DNA of 64,000 nucleotides from an uncultured virus (IMG/VR IMGVR_UViG_3300021197_000193) (Duplodnaviria > Heunggongvirae > Uroviricota > Caudoviricetes): positions 1-64,000 of IMG/VR virus record IMGVR_UViG_3300021197_000193, one strand, 5' to 3'. Position 1 is the first letter of the stretch; each line of letters starts with the position of its first letter. Both the position numbers and the translations under genes were made by a program. The notes beneath the pieces were generated by a model. The model was not told the DNA's origin and did no database searches. It saw nothing but the letters and a program-made list of their open reading frames with translations. Below, piece by piece: positions 18,681-28,921 of the stretch.

Positions 18681-19366
18681 CGACATCAGGCACCACAGCG
18701 TTTAACATGGACTTCACCGAGATAGCGGAAGAAGCATGGGAACGTGCGGGCCGTGAGTTACGTTCTGGATACGACCTACGCACCGCTAGACGTTCTATGA
18801 ACCTAATGACTATAGAATGGCAGAATCGTGGCATTAATATGTGGACCATAGATTCTGGCACTGTAAACCTAGTGCAGGGCACTTCACGATACCAGTTGCC
18901 AGCAGACACTATAGATTTGCTTGAACATCAAATACGTACTAACAGTGGTAACGCGGCGACACAATCTGACCTTACCATAAGCAGAATTAGTGTAAGTACG
19001 TACGCATCTATACCTAACAAGTTAACACAAGGGCGTCCCATACAAATGTACGTAGAGCGCCTTAGAGCGGAGCCGCATGTAAACGTGTGGCCTGTGCCAG
19101 ATAACAACAACTATATTCTCTATTATTGGCGTATGCGTCGTATACAGGACGCAGGTGCGGGCGTAGAAACCGCGGATATGAACTTTAGGTTCTTGCCGTG
19201 CTTAGTAGCGGGCCTCGCATACCACATTGCTATGAAGGTTCCTGACTTAGCGGAACGCGTCCCCATGCTAAAAGCTGCTTACGAAGAACAGTTTGAGCTA
19301 GCTGCAGGGGAAGACAGAGAAAAAACGCCTGCACGGTTTGTTCCTAGAATAGGGAGAGCTGTGTAA
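18677..19366 (+). CDS. Putative head-to-tail adaptor
   Basis: Size and position; helical N-terminus plus YQLPAD...VWPVPD core typical of podoviral adaptors. Confidence 0.6.
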   Translation: MTTSGTTAFNMDFTEIAEEAWERAGRELRSGYDLRTARRSMNLMTIEWQNRGINMWTIDSGTVNLVQGTSRYQLPADTIDLLEHQIRTNSGNAATQSDLTISRISVSTYASIPNKLTQGRPIQMYVERLRAEPHVNVWPVPDNNNYILYYWRMRRIQDAGAGVETADMNFRFLPCLVAGLAYHIAMKVPDLAERVPMLKAAYEEQFELAAGEDREKTPARFVPRIGRAV

Positions 19367-19731
19367 TGACCGAACGGTTTGCTTCTTCTAAAAATGCTTT
19401 GGGCCTGTGCGATGTGTGTGGGTTCCAGTACAAGCTAAAAGAGTTGCAACCTTTGTTTGTTAAGGGGCGCAACACGCACATGCACGCGTGTGAAGAATGT
19501 TGGAGTCCCGATCACCCGCAACTAAAACTAGGGGAATTTCCAGTAAATGACCCGCAGGCTATACGAAACCCACGCCCAGATCAAAGTTTAGGGGCGTCTG
19601 GACCGTACAGCAGTCGTGGGGTGCAGTGGGGGTGGAATCCTGTAGGGGGTGGCTTTGATCCGTTTAGTCTTGTACCAAACACGTTAGTTGGTACTGGATT
19701 TGTGGGCACAGTTACTGTAACAACAACATAG
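19366..19731 (+). CDS. Zn-binding hypothetical protein
   Basis: CDVCG...CEECW, HPQ, NPRPD motifs. Confidence 0.7.
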   Translation: MTERFASSKNALGLCDVCGFQYKLKELQPLFVKGRNTHMHACEECWSPDHPQLKLGEFPVNDPQAIRNPRPDQSLGASGPYSSRGVQWGWNPVGGGFDPFSLVPNTLVGTGFVGTVTVTTT

Positions 19732-19741
19732 GAGGTGTATA

Positions 19742-19921
19742 ATGCCTAAAGTTGGAAACAAAATGTTTGGCTACGATGCCGCGGGAAAGAAAGCCGCCGC
19801 TAAAGAAGCAAAGAAATCTGGTCAGTCTATGACTAGCGCGTACAAAAAAGGTGGGCAGATTAAAGTTCGCGGTACGGGCGCGGCTACAAAAGGGCTGTAT
19901 GCCCGTGGCCCAATGGGGTAA
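19742..19921 (+). CDS. Small basic protein (59 aa)
   Basis: Read by eye: MPKVGNK...YKKGGQIKVRGTGAATKG...; AGGAGG RBS. Confidence 0.7.
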   Translation: MPKVGNKMFGYDAAGKKAAAKEAKKSGQSMTSAYKKGGQIKVRGTGAATKGLYARGPMG

Positions 19922-19924
19922 AAT

Positions 19925-20554
19925 ATGAACTATACCGAGCTGAAAACTAATATAGAAGACATCTGCGAAAGTTCTTTTACAGATGCCCAGCTCGCTATGT
20001 TTACAGAGCAGGCCGAACAGAAAATATATAACACCGTACAAATACCTGCTTTACGCAGGAATGTTACGGGGGCTGTAACGGTTAATAACAAGTACCTAAC
20101 CATGCCTACTGATTTTTTGTACACATACTCCCTTGCGTTAGTGGATGCTGATGGGGGCTATAATTACCTTATAAACAAAGACGTAAACTTTATTAGGGAA
20201 GCATACCCTACTCCTACGTCTGTGGGGTTTCCTAAACACTACGCATACTTTGATGATAGTTCGTTTATTCTAGGTCCAACACCTAGTGGAAACTACACCG
20301 CGGAACTTCATTATGGATATTACCCGCCTTCTATAGTTACTGCGGGTACTACATGGTTGGGTGAAGAGTTTGATTCTGCGTTGATGAACGGCGCGTTGAT
20401 TGAGGCTATCCGGTTCTTAAAAGGTGAACCAGATGTTGTTCAGAATTATGAAAAAATGTACTTACAGTCTGTGACCCTGTTAAAAGGGCTTGGAGATGGT
20501 AAACTACGTGAAGACGCCTATCGCTCGGGACAGTTCCGAGTGCCAGTAAGCTAA
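19925..20554 (+). CDS. Putative second adaptor / tail tubular protein
   Basis: MNYTELK...LGPTP pattern; position in neck module. Confidence 0.6.
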   Translation: MNYTELKTNIEDICESSFTDAQLAMFTEQAEQKIYNTVQIPALRRNVTGAVTVNNKYLTMPTDFLYTYSLALVDADGGYNYLINKDVNFIREAYPTPTSVGFPKHYAYFDDSSFILGPTPSGNYTAELHYGYYPPSIVTAGTTWLGEEFDSALMNGALIEAIRFLKGEPDVVQNYEKMYLQSVTLLKGLGDGKLREDAYRSGQFRVPVS

Positions 20555-20566
20555 AGGAGATTAGAT

Positions 20567-21004
20567 ATGGCTATAACACAGGCGATGTGTACCAGTTTCA
20601 AGCAAGCCCTGCTTGATGGTGAAATGGACTTCAGCAGCAATACAGCGCAAACATTTAAAATCGCGTTGTATACTTCATCCGCTTCTTTGGCTGCGGCTAC
20701 TACTGCGTATACCACTTCTAATGAGGTGTCGGGTACGGGGTATAGCGCAGGTGGGAACACGTTGACTATATCGACGAACCCAACAAATGGTGGATCAGGA
20801 ACTACCGTGTTTTTGAGCTTCGGCACAAGCACATGGTCTTCATCTACAATAACCGCTCGCGGTGCGTTGATTTACAAATCAGGTGGTGGGAACCCATCTG
20901 TAGCGGTGCTTGATTTTGGCGCGGACAAATCTTCTTCTAATGGAGATTTTCAAATCCAATTCCCAACAGCAAACGCTACAAGTGCTATTATTCGTATTGC
21001 GTAA
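20567..21004 (+). CDS. Tail-associated structural protein
   Basis: FKIALYT, GYSAGG, TITARGALIY; precedes tail fibre; AAGGAG RBS. Confidence 0.65.
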   Translation: MAITQAMCTSFKQALLDGEMDFSSNTAQTFKIALYTSSASLAAATTAYTTSNEVSGTGYSAGGNTLTISTNPTNGGSGTTVFLSFGTSTWSSSTITARGALIYKSGGGNPSVAVLDFGADKSSSNGDFQIQFPTANATSAIIRIA

Positions 21005-21023
21005 ACTATAGAGGTGGTCGTAT

Positions 21024-23918
21024 ATGCCTGTTTTAAAAAATAGAGCCTACGTTTCGACAGGTACTACCGGGACAGGCGCGATAACTCTGGGTAGCCCTGT
21101 TTCAGGGTATCAAAGTTTTGCAGATGCAGGGGTGTCTAACGGTAATTCAGTTAGGTACACTATAGAAGATGGCACAAACTGGGAAATTGGTGCTGGCACA
21201 TACACAGCTTCTGGCACTACATTGTCTCGTAGTCCAATTGACAGTTCAAGTTCGGGGTCTGCTATTAACTTATCAGGTAGCGCCCGCGTGTTCATTACCG
21301 CCGCTGCCGAAGATATATTACAGCCGTCCAATAACCTGTCCGATTTAGCCAACGCGTCCACTTCTCGTACAAACCTTGGGGTAGCTATTGGCTCAAACGT
21401 ACAGGCGTACGATGCGGATTTAACCGCGTTAGGTGGGTTAGCAAAAGCTGATGGTAACATTATCGTCGGTAATGGTTCAACGTGGGTCGCTGAAAATGGG
21501 GCCACTGCTCGAACTTCACTGGGTTTAGCCATTGGTACAAACGTGCAGGCGTATTCCACTGTCTTACAAAACACTACAGCGTCTTTCCTCACCGCGGATA
21601 AAACTAAGCTAGATTACATTACTGTCACGCAGGCAGTTAATCTTGACCAAATGGAGACCGATATTGCCGCGCTTGAGAACGGCATGGTCTATAAGGGCGA
21701 CTGGAACGCGGGTTCAGGTAGTTTTCCGGGCGGTGGCTCTGCTCAAACGGGTTGGTTTTACTACGTTTCAGGGGCAGGTACGGTTAATGGTGTGACATTT
21801 GCTGTAGGTGACAATGTAGTTGCTACAACAGATAATGCCTCTACAACCACATACGCAGGAAACTGGTCCAAACACGATCAGACAGATGCTGTTCAAGCTG
21901 TTGTAGGTTTAACTGGTTCAATTTCAAAAAGTTCTCTTTTGTCTGCATTAAACGTGGAAGATGGCGCAGACGTAACGGATGCAGGCAACGTAAATCCGCT
22001 TGTAGATGCGCACATAAACGTAAGCAGTGCGAGCAGTGGGCAATACCTTAACTGGAATGGTTCGGATTACGCTTGGGGTAGTATAGACACCTCTACCTTA
22101 ATGCCTAAAGCTGGTGGAACTTTTTCTGGCGCGGTTACATTTACGGATGCTGTAACCCTTGACGGGTCAATTGGTGGGCGCGATGTTGTTTGGGACAGAC
22201 CGAATAACTCGTTAATCTTTAACGACAACGCCAAAGCTAAGTTTGGAACAGGCCAAGATTTAGAAATATTTCATGGCTCCGACAGCAGTTATATAGATGA
22301 GGTGGGCGGCGGCTCTTTATTTATACGGACTAACGGCCCCAATGTGTTTATCGGCAAATACACGGGCAGCGAGTATATGGCCGTTTTTACGCCAGATGGC
22401 GCAGTGTCCCTTCGGTATGATAACGCCACGAAGTTTGAAACGACCAGTAGCGGTATAAACGTCACAGGCACGGTTACAGATGACGGTGCTACTCACGATG
22501 GTGATGTGACCTTCACGGGCGCAAGCTACAATGCTGTATGGGATAAGTCGGACAATGCCCTAGAGTTTGCGGATAACGCCAAAGCGAAGTTTGGAACTGG
22601 TGGTGATTTAGAGATTTATCACTCTGGTTCGGATAGTTTTATCAAAGACGTTGGTGACGGCGCGTTAAATGTATACAGCAATGCAGTTGATTTCTTTAAT
22701 GCGGCAGGCTCAGAGCGAACCGCAAGGTTTATCGGTGGCGGCTCAAACATTTTATTTAATGCGGGGGCTATTAAACTACAAACAAACGCAACAGGTATAG
22801 ACGTTACTGGAGTTATAACTGACGACGGCGCTACTCACGATGGCGACGTGACCTTTACGGGCACTTCCTACAACGCTGTATGGGATAAATCACAAAACTC
22901 CCTAGAGTTTGCCGATAATGCCAAAGCCACTTTTGGGGACAGTCGTGATCTACAAATATACCACGATGGAAACTCTGTCATAAGGGACGATGGTGGTGGT
23001 GATCTTGAGTTGCGTGGTTCCAACACCATTTCCTTAATGAACGCTGCGGGCACAGAGTATAAGCTACGGGCTTATACAGACGGTGCGGTTAATTTATATT
23101 ACGATAATGCCGTGAAGGTCGCAACGACTTCATCAGGTATTAGTGTAACAGGCAGTGTTGTTGCAACCACACATGAAAGTTCTGGTGCTCTTACTCTTAA
23201 AAGTGCTTCTGGTAGTGATCTCACTATAAATCACGGTGATAGATTAAACCTTGCGTATCAGGGTTTGCAGTACGGTGAGATTTATAGATCATCAGGCTTT
23301 AATATTGAAAACAAAGAGCAAGACGCAGATATAATCTTTAAAGGTAATGACGGTGGTAGCACCATTACCGCCTTGACCCTTGATATGTCTGATGCGGGTA
23401 CAGCAACATTTAACCATGATGCTAAATTCGCAGATAACGGCAAAGCTACATTTGGCGCAGGTGCGGACGGATCAATTTACTCTGACGGCAACAACTTTAT
23501 TATTGATGGTACAACAACAGGTATTTATCAAACTCTCATACAAGGCACAACAGGCGTAAAGCTGCGGAACAACGGTGGCTCTGGTGGGTATGCAGATGGA
23601 TTGATTGTAGACGGTGCCAACTCCGCGTCCACAAGAGTAAGGGCACAATATGGCACAACAACTCGCCTTGAGACAACATCATCTGGTGTAACGGTAACAG
23701 GCACCGTTGCCGCAACAGCCGTAACAGGCGATGGATCGGGGCTTACTAACCTACCTGCGGCGGCTGCTAGCGGTGTGTTTTATGAAAACGACACTAACGT
23801 ATCTTCTAATTACACTATTACATCAGGTAAAAACGCTATGTCGGCGGGTCCGATTACGATTGACAGTGGTGTAACTGTAACGGTTCCTTCGGGTTCAGCT
23901 TGGACGGTGGTAGCATGA
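21024..23918 (+). CDS. Tail fibre protein with internal repeats
   Basis: G/S/T-rich 964 aa; ARTSLGL units; repeated FADNAKAKFG..DLEIYH modules; C-terminal NAMSAGPITI..GVTVTVPSGSAWTVV. Confidence 0.85.
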   Translation: MPVLKNRAYVSTGTTGTGAITLGSPVSGYQSFADAGVSNGNSVRYTIEDGTNWEIGAGTYTASGTTLSRSPIDSSSSGSAINLSGSARVFITAAAEDILQPSNNLSDLANASTSRTNLGVAIGSNVQAYDADLTALGGLAKADGNIIVGNGSTWVAENGATARTSLGLAIGTNVQAYSTVLQNTTASFLTADKTKLDYITVTQAVNLDQMETDIAALENGMVYKGDWNAGSGSFPGGGSAQTGWFYYVSGAGTVNGVTFAVGDNVVATTDNASTTTYAGNWSKHDQTDAVQAVVGLTGSISKSSLLSALNVEDGADVTDAGNVNPLVDAHINVSSASSGQYLNWNGSDYAWGSIDTSTLMPKAGGTFSGAVTFTDAVTLDGSIGGRDVVWDRPNNSLIFNDNAKAKFGTGQDLEIFHGSDSSYIDEVGGGSLFIRTNGPNVFIGKYTGSEYMAVFTPDGAVSLRYDNATKFETTSSGINVTGTVTDDGATHDGDVTFTGASYNAVWDKSDNALEFADNAKAKFGTGGDLEIYHSGSDSFIKDVGDGALNVYSNAVDFFNAAGSERTARFIGGGSNILFNAGAIKLQTNATGIDVTGVITDDGATHDGDVTFTGTSYNAVWDKSQNSLEFADNAKATFGDSRDLQIYHDGNSVIRDDGGGDLELRGSNTISLMNAAGTEYKLRAYTDGAVNLYYDNAVKVATTSSGISVTGSVVATTHESSGALTLKSASGSDLTINHGDRLNLAYQGLQYGEIYRSSGFNIENKEQDADIIFKGNDGGSTITALTLDMSDAGTATFNHDAKFADNGKATFGAGADGSIYSDGNNFIIDGTTTGIYQTLIQGTTGVKLRNNGGSGGYADGLIVDGANSASTRVRAQYGTTTRLETTSSGVTVTGTVAATAVTGDGSGLTNLPAAAASGVFYENDTNVSSNYTITSGKNAMSAGPITIDSGVTVTVPSGSAWTVVA

Positions 23919-24988
23919 CACTAAAAGTAGACACAATAACCAACTTAGCGGGTACAGGCGCACCGAACATTCCTGACGGGGTATCCATAGCAGGCACCGC
24001 GTTAGCTTCTACTTCGACAATGCAGTACGCGGCTTCTGGTTCAGAGCCGTCTTCTCCAGAAGATGGGGAGCTTTGGTTTGATACGTCAAGCAACGAGTTT
24101 AAAATGTACGTTAACGGAGGTTGGTACACGGTTACTGTTACGGCACCCCCTGCTTGGTATGGAACTCGCTCTCTTGTAGGAGGTGGACATCCAAACACTA
24201 ACCAAATACAATATTTTGCTAACGCTAGTAACACAAACGCGCAAGACTTTGGAGACCTATTAACATCTAGGTACGGACTTACCGCAGCGTCTAATGGAAC
24301 ACGCGGTCTATTTGCTGGTGGGGGAACGCCTTACATAAACGTAATAGAATATGTCACTATAGCAAACACAGGTAATTCAGTAGATTTTGGAGATTTAACC
24401 GAAGTAAGATTTTATTTTACAGGTTGCGGTAACGGAACATACGCTTTTTTCCTAGGGGGTGTTAACGCAGGAGCTAATATTGATTATGTAACAGTTTCAA
24501 CTGCCGCAAATGCAGGGGACTGGGGTGATCTTAATACATCACCAGTATACAATGGTGCTTGGTCAGCGGCAAATGAATCTCGTCTTTTGTCTGGATATGA
24601 CAATCAGCAAAATAATCGAATACAATATGTTTCTTCAACAACTCCGGGGAACGCGCAAGATTTTGGAGACATGGTTGCTGGTACTGACTTTGCTGCTGCC
24701 GTAAATGACGCCACAAGAGCGGTTTACGGAGGTGGAGGTGCCACTGATACTAATGCTATGGGGTATGTAACAATAGCAACAACTGGCAATGCTACAGATT
24801 TTGGAGATTTAACTTCTAATAGAGGCCGCTGCGCTGTTTCGGCAAGTTCCACTAGAGGATTTTGGTGCGGTGGCGGCAATAGCGTTAACAACATTGATGT
24901 TGCTACAATCCAAACCCCCGGCAACGCTACTGATTTTGGTGACTTAACCAATTCAATTACTTATGCCGGGGGAACGGCGGGGAGCTAA
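23915..24988 (+). CDS. DFGDL-repeat tail-associated protein, paralog 1
   Basis: ATGA-coupled start at 23915; ~43-aa repeats IxYVTIAxxGNAxDFGDL. Confidence 0.75.
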   Translation: MTLKVDTITNLAGTGAPNIPDGVSIAGTALASTSTMQYAASGSEPSSPEDGELWFDTSSNEFKMYVNGGWYTVTVTAPPAWYGTRSLVGGGHPNTNQIQYFANASNTNAQDFGDLLTSRYGLTAASNGTRGLFAGGGTPYINVIEYVTIANTGNSVDFGDLTEVRFYFTGCGNGTYAFFLGGVNAGANIDYVTVSTAANAGDWGDLNTSPVYNGAWSAANESRLLSGYDNQQNNRIQYVSSTTPGNAQDFGDMVAGTDFAAAVNDATRAVYGGGGATDTNAMGYVTIATTGNATDFGDLTSNRGRCAVSASSTRGFWCGGGNSVNNIDVATIQTPGNATDFGDLTNSITYAGGTAGS

Positions 24989-24991
24989 ACA

Positions 24992-26080
24992 ATGAGTACC
25001 TTCAACGTTGGTAATATAGAAAACAGGTCCGGTGGAGCACCAGATTTTAGCCAAGGTCTTACCGTTGGTGGTACAGACATTAGCACTTTGGTGACGATGA
25101 CCGAATATCACACAGGCGCTAGTGCGCCTTCGTCCCCCGCAAACGGCGCGATTTGGTATGATGGGACGGTTATAAAACAATACATTAATGATGGTTGGTA
25201 CACACTTAGTGCGGCTTTGCCCCCTGCTAATTCAGGTAATAGAGGTGTCTTTGGGGCAGGGAATTTATTACCAAGTTATGCTGCTTCAAACGCAATGGAT
25301 TATATTACTATATCTACGACAGGTAACGCTACAGATTTTGGAGACATGGTTGCAAACAACAGTATTTATGGGGGATGCTCTAATGGCTCTAGGGGTTTAT
25401 TTGGAGGTGGTTATCCTAATAATAGTGGCAATACTACCACGATAGATTACATCACTATAGCCACAACAGGTAATGCTCAAGATTTTGGTGATCTTACAGT
25501 CGCAAGGCGATCACTTGCCGCACTTTCAGATGGCACGAAGGGGGTTTTTACTGGTGGTTTTGTGAGCGGTGATACTAATACTCTAGACTACGTTACCGTA
25601 GCTACAACGGGTAATGCTCTTGATTTTGGTGATCTAACGGTTGCTGGACAACAAGGTGGATGCTGTGCCGACTTTGTTCGGGGTGTAATTCGGCAACAAT
25701 ATTCAGCAACCAATGCGTACAGTTATATTACGGTTGCTACTACGGGCAATGCTACTGTTTTTGGTAACTCTACGCTATTTGGTAATCAAGGAAACAATGG
25801 TTGTGCAGATGCGACTAGGGGTATTTTTGCAGTATATAACAAGATTATAGAATATATTACAATTCAAACCGCTGGGAACGCTACGGACTTTGGCGACCTT
25901 ATAATAACTAACAGTAATAATTCCGGCGCTGTTGCCAATAGCACAAGGGCTGTTTGGGCTGGAGGTCAATCGGGCCTAAATGCAATGAACTATGTCACTA
26001 TTCAAACACTAGGTGATGCCGCAGACTTTGGCGATTTAGCGTTGGCAAGATATGGTCTTGCTGGAGCATCTGGAGAATAA
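24992..26080 (+). CDS. DFGDL-repeat tail-associated protein, paralog 2
   Basis: Same architecture and length (362 aa). Confidence 0.75.
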   Translation: MSTFNVGNIENRSGGAPDFSQGLTVGGTDISTLVTMTEYHTGASAPSSPANGAIWYDGTVIKQYINDGWYTLSAALPPANSGNRGVFGAGNLLPSYAASNAMDYITISTTGNATDFGDMVANNSIYGGCSNGSRGLFGGGYPNNSGNTTTIDYITIATTGNAQDFGDLTVARRSLAALSDGTKGVFTGGFVSGDTNTLDYVTVATTGNALDFGDLTVAGQQGGCCADFVRGVIRQQYSATNAYSYITVATTGNATVFGNSTLFGNQGNNGCADATRGIFAVYNKIIEYITIQTAGNATDFGDLIITNSNNSGAVANSTRAVWAGGQSGLNAMNYVTIQTLGDAADFGDLALARYGLAGASGE

Positions 26081-26083
26081 ACT

Positions 26084-27166
26084 ATGAGTACGTTAAAAGT
26101 AGACTCCATTAAGAACAACGGTAGCGCCGTTAATTTTACAACCAACATCCAATCGGGAGATGGTCTGGTTAAACGTGATTACTACGAACAAGCGTCTGAA
26201 CCTTCGGGGGCACCGAACGCGGCTGTTTGGTACGATACTGCGGATGAACAGTTAAAGTTAAAGGTTAACGACAAGTGGTACAATGTTACGGCGGAGGCAC
26301 CTTTAACAGTCTGGTACGGATCAAGGGGAGTTTTTGCAGGGGGCCAAAGTAGCTATTTTAATGTAATAGAGTACATTACCATAGCCAATACAGGTAATGC
26401 TACAGACTTTGGAGATTTAAGCGCTAATAAGGTTGGTGTAGGTGCGGTATCAAATAGTGTTAGGGGAGTTTTTGGAGGAGGTACTGTACAGTATTCCAGT
26501 GTAACAAATGTGATGGAATACATTACTATAGCCACCACGGGAAATGCTACAGACTTTGGGGATTTAACAGTAGCAAGGCAAACAAAGGGCGCAAGTAACG
26601 CTGAAAGAGGTGTTTTTGTTACTTATAGTCCCGCGGGTAATGTAATAGACTATATTACCATAGCCACCACAGGGAATGCTACTGACTTTGGTGATTTAAG
26701 TAGCTCAAAGTCTAATACAGCAGCAGCTAGTGGTAGTGTAAGGGCGTTGTTTGCTGGTGGTTTTTCTAGCCCCAATAGATTAAATGTAATAGAATATATT
26801 ACTTTAGCTACCGCAGGAAACGTTACGGACTTCGGAGACTTATTAGCAGGAGTCAACGGTATGGGGGCTTGCTCAGATTTAACAAGATGTGTTTTTGCTG
26901 GGGGATACACTGGTTCAAACTCAAATGTTATGCAATATGTTACTACAGCTACGACAGGTAACGCTACAGACTTTGGAGATTTACTTACTGGAATAAACCA
27001 GACTGATGGTACTTCTAATGGGGTAAGGGGAGTTTTTGCTGGGGGTACTACTGGTAGTGACATTAACACTATTCAGTATATTACCATCCAAACTCCCGGT
27101 AATGCCGCCGACTTTGGTGATCTTACAGCGGCTAAATACGCCGTGGGAGCTTGTTCAGGGAATTAA
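26084..27166 (+). CDS. DFGDL-repeat tail-associated protein, paralog 3
   Basis: Same architecture (360 aa). Confidence 0.75.
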   Translation: MSTLKVDSIKNNGSAVNFTTNIQSGDGLVKRDYYEQASEPSGAPNAAVWYDTADEQLKLKVNDKWYNVTAEAPLTVWYGSRGVFAGGQSSYFNVIEYITIANTGNATDFGDLSANKVGVGAVSNSVRGVFGGGTVQYSSVTNVMEYITIATTGNATDFGDLTVARQTKGASNAERGVFVTYSPAGNVIDYITIATTGNATDFGDLSSSKSNTAAASGSVRALFAGGFSSPNRLNVIEYITLATAGNVTDFGDLLAGVNGMGACSDLTRCVFAGGYTGSNSNVMQYVTTATTGNATDFGDLLTGINQTDGTSNGVRGVFAGGTTGSDINTIQYITIQTPGNAADFGDLTAAKYAVGACSGN

Positions 27167-27167
27167 C

Positions 27168-27986
27168 ATGAAAAAAGAACTAACAACAACTGATGAAATA
27201 ACGTTTAGCTTGCCAGCAATGTCTGCGGATAAAATTAACGCGGCTGCGGTAGCTAAAGTAAACAAACATTTGCCTGAGTTAGAGCAAAAAACTCGTGCGT
27301 TTGATCGTAATAATAGCCAACATACGTTGTCGCTGATGACGCTTACAATGCTTAACGGGCAGTCGCCTATGCGTATGATGCGTCAGATTATGGCGGAAGT
27401 TGAAAAACGTAAATCAGCTTTGGCAGAAGCACAGGTAAATCACGCTAAGACCACCCAAGAAATAGAAAAATTAGCGGCAAAAAATGATCCTGTGTCTATG
27501 GCAGAACATCGGCAAAAACGTTTCAATCTAGATATGCTAGAGTCAAAAATAAATGGCTCGTTTAAAGATATCGCTACGTTGATTGACGCTTATGAAAACA
27601 TCAAAGCAAAACATGGTATTGATGATTGGGACGAAGAGACGTTTGAAAAAGAAGAAAAACGTCATCATGTTCGCCGTGGCTTTGAACTTATGTATCGTAA
27701 TCTGCTTGATGGTGGTCGAGCCAATACAGCTACAATTGAATACCTACAGCAGTATGGTGTTCATCCACAGGTATCTTTGACTGAAGTAACTGGATACATT
27801 CAACACACCACTAAACAAATTAGTGAAGGCACAATACCGCACGCTAATGACCTTGAAGGTTTTTTAGATCATATGGCGGACAAATATTGTGCTTGTGTAG
27901 ACATGACAGCGGAACGCTTGTTTGGTAAAGCTGACTTTATGAACACGGAGTATATGCTCCGATTGGAGGTAAAAGATGATTCTTGA
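27168..27986 (+). CDS. Coiled-coil hypothetical protein
   Basis: Start refined to MKKELTT (27168); helical and charged. Confidence 0.7.
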   Translation: MKKELTTTDEITFSLPAMSADKINAAAVAKVNKHLPELEQKTRAFDRNNSQHTLSLMTLTMLNGQSPMRMMRQIMAEVEKRKSALAEAQVNHAKTTQEIEKLAAKNDPVSMAEHRQKRFNLDMLESKINGSFKDIATLIDAYENIKAKHGIDDWDEETFEKEEKRHHVRRGFELMYRNLLDGGRANTATIEYLQQYGVHPQVSLTEVTGYIQHTTKQISEGTIPHANDLEGFLDHMADKYCACVDMTAERLFGKADFMNTEYMLRLEVKDDS

Positions 27987-28278
27987 ATATATGTTAGTCC
28001 GTGAAGCAGGTGCCAAACGTGCGCCGTCATGGGTAGAAGACGGTGGGTACTTTCCAAACCCCGACAATAACACAATGGTTGGGTGGTCCCCAGACCTTGC
28101 GGATCGAGACTATTATGTTCCTGATAGTGTCACGGAACTTACCCGCGCGCAGTTAAAGACTAGAGTTCGTGGTATTGATTCTAATTATCCAATGTTAGAT
28201 GCAGAAGGCAACGAGTTGTCTGACTCTGCTATTGATGCGAGTGTAGACGCATGGTGTGACGCTCACGGAGCGTCTTAA
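27976..28278 (+). CDS. Hypothetical protein
   Basis: GGAGG RBS; overlaps previous gene. Confidence 0.7.
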   Translation: MILEYMLVREAGAKRAPSWVEDGGYFPNPDNNTMVGWSPDLADRDYYVPDSVTELTRAQLKTRVRGIDSNYPMLDAEGNELSDSAIDASVDAWCDAHGAS

Positions 28279-28281
28279 ACT

Positions 28282-28914
28282 ATGCTCGGTTTCTTTCCCC
28301 TTACAGGCGCGCCACTAGCGTCTACATTTGAGCAGAACATTGCTCGGGTGTCGGGGGTAGAAGCCGCGGCCTTACTAAACTCTGTCACTGTACGCGGTAC
28401 AGCCTTAATAGAACCCTCGGGTCTTATTGCCACAGGTGCCATAGGTTCTGTAAGTGTCATAGGTACAGCCAACGTATCGTTAACAGGTGTTGCTACTACT
28501 ACCGGAATAGGCAACGTAATTATATCTGCGGATGCAAATGCTTCAGTTGTTGGTGTATCTGTAACTACCGGACTCGGCACTGTAACTATTAAAGGCGCTG
28601 CGACTATAATTCCTACGGGACTAGAGCTTGCCAGTGCTATAGGAAATGTAACCGTAAGTGGCGCGAGTAACACTACTGTTAGCGGGGTGCAAGGCACTGG
28701 CGCTGTAGGCACCGCAAGTATAGCTACAAATGCGATATTCCAAGTTGTAGGTAATTCCGCTACACTGACATTAGGTGATGTTACTGTAGCTATTAACGCG
28801 ACAATAGACGTAACAAGCGTGACCGCTACCGCAGAACTAGGTAGACTGCTCGTATGGCAAGATATAGATGATTCACAGACACCCAACTGGGTAGACGTGT
28901 ACGACAAACAGTGA
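28282..28914 (+). CDS. Tail-fibre-associated repetitive protein
   Basis: Repeats of GVxAxxxIGxVTV; MLGFFPL N-terminus. Confidence 0.65.
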   Translation: MLGFFPLTGAPLASTFEQNIARVSGVEAAALLNSVTVRGTALIEPSGLIATGAIGSVSVIGTANVSLTGVATTTGIGNVIISADANASVVGVSVTTGLGTVTIKGAATIIPTGLELASAIGNVTVSGASNTTVSGVQGTGAVGTASIATNAIFQVVGNSATLTLGDVTVAINATIDVTSVTATAELGRLLVWQDIDDSQTPNWVDVYDKQ

Positions 28915-28921
28915 GGCTAGT

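Noticed and set aside
23915..27166. Diversity-generating retroelement acting on the DFGDL genes
   Set aside because: No reverse transcriptase in the window and no template/variable repeat pair differing only at adenines was seen.
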